This document shows positions 63,131 to 64,000 of a stretch of DNA of 64,000 bases, piece after piece. Within the stretch, counting starts at the first letter, position 1. The number at the start of each line of letters is the position of its first letter. The translations under genes and the position numbers were made by a program. The notes below the pieces were generated by a model. The model searched no databases and had not been told where the DNA came from. It saw only the letters and a list, made by a program, of their open reading frames with translations. Origin of the DNA: Camelus ferus (Eukaryota); assembly GCF_009834535.1 (NCBI RefSeq), contig NC_045713.1:13826001-13890000 (forward strand), in the 5' to 3' direction.

Positions 63131-64000
63131 GCAACTTCCCATGTTGTCCACCGCCCAGGCAAGGATCAAGTCACCTAGGCAGGAGACTGCTGAGACTGGG
63201 GGTGACTGCTCGTAAGTCACGGGGTGTTTGAGTCCCAGAGTCGTGAGCTGAGTTGGCATGGGGACTTTAAGGACCTGACCAGCTGCTTACCTGCACTCAG
63301 CTTTCATAGCTGAGGCAACCAGATCAAAATAGGCCCATTCTCAAACTCTGCCACCCCGCAGAGGCATGGGCATTGCAAAGGATGCTAGAGGGGGTCCAGA
63401 TGGGAGCCCAGACATCACCCCCAAGTGTGACCTCCGCCTCCTGACTGTGAGAAGAGGAACCACAGCTGGTAGTTTAGCCATAGGCTTGGGGGGGCAGCAC
63501 AGCCTGGTGACTAAGAACAGACCATGCCATGCACCTTCCGCGTAAGAATAGCAAGTGAACAAAAGCCGGGCAGCACCCTCTTCAGCAAGGCTGAGGGCAG
63601 GAAGCACCTTCACACCACCAGTAGGAAGGCACTGCAGTGTTCCTCCACAAGGAAGGGAAAAGTGACACCAGTGTTTGTATTTGCTGGAAAGTGCATGAAG
63701 AAACACTACCTGCAGGCAGTGGGATGGATGGCAAGCCCGAGATGCCCAGTAGTCCACAGCGTATTTCTGACCATTGGGTTTGAACACTGGACACAGGAAG
63801 GGCCAAGTACCACTGGTGGGTGATGGAGACTTGTTCTGTGACACCTTAAGCGTTTTTAATTCTTCCTTGGGGAACAAACTACTTTTTGAAGTGGAAAATA
63901 GTTTTTCCATGGCCACCTAAGATAACGGAAGCAAATAAGATCCACATTTCTGGCAGGCATTATCGGAAGTTCCTGGAAATTCAAAGGCGATAAAATACCT

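Overview
GC-rich mammalian genomic DNA whose gene order matches human 16p13.3: TRAF7 (3' part, +), CASKIN1 (-), MLST8 (+), BRICD5 (-), PGP (-), E4F1 (+), DNASE1L2 (+) and ECI1 (-). A tRNA-derived SINE family and a young L1 3' end suggest a camelid (inference). Exons were delimited by hand from splice sites and translation. The five complete genes CASKIN1, MLST8, BRICD5, PGP and E4F1, plus DNASE1L2 and the partial TRAF7, all splice into clean open frames. ECI1 does not. It carries a +1 insertion in exon 1, an in-frame TGA in exon 2, -1 deletions in exons 5 and 6, a premature TGA in exon 7 and a catalytic Glu->Ala change, yet keeps its splice sites and CpG-island promoter. It is therefore a candidate lineage-specific loss of the mitochondrial enoyl-CoA delta-isomerase. 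Other notable points are two GC-AG introns in CASKIN1, a U12 intron and a micro-uORF in MLST8, two convergent 3' overlaps (one where the MLST8 poly(A) signal is BRICD5 coding sequence), a DNASE1L2 intron that cannot yield the human-type long isoform, and several nested transposon insertions with target-site duplications. Comparisons to human sequences are from memory and need alignment. Repeat boundaries are approximate unless a TSD is given.
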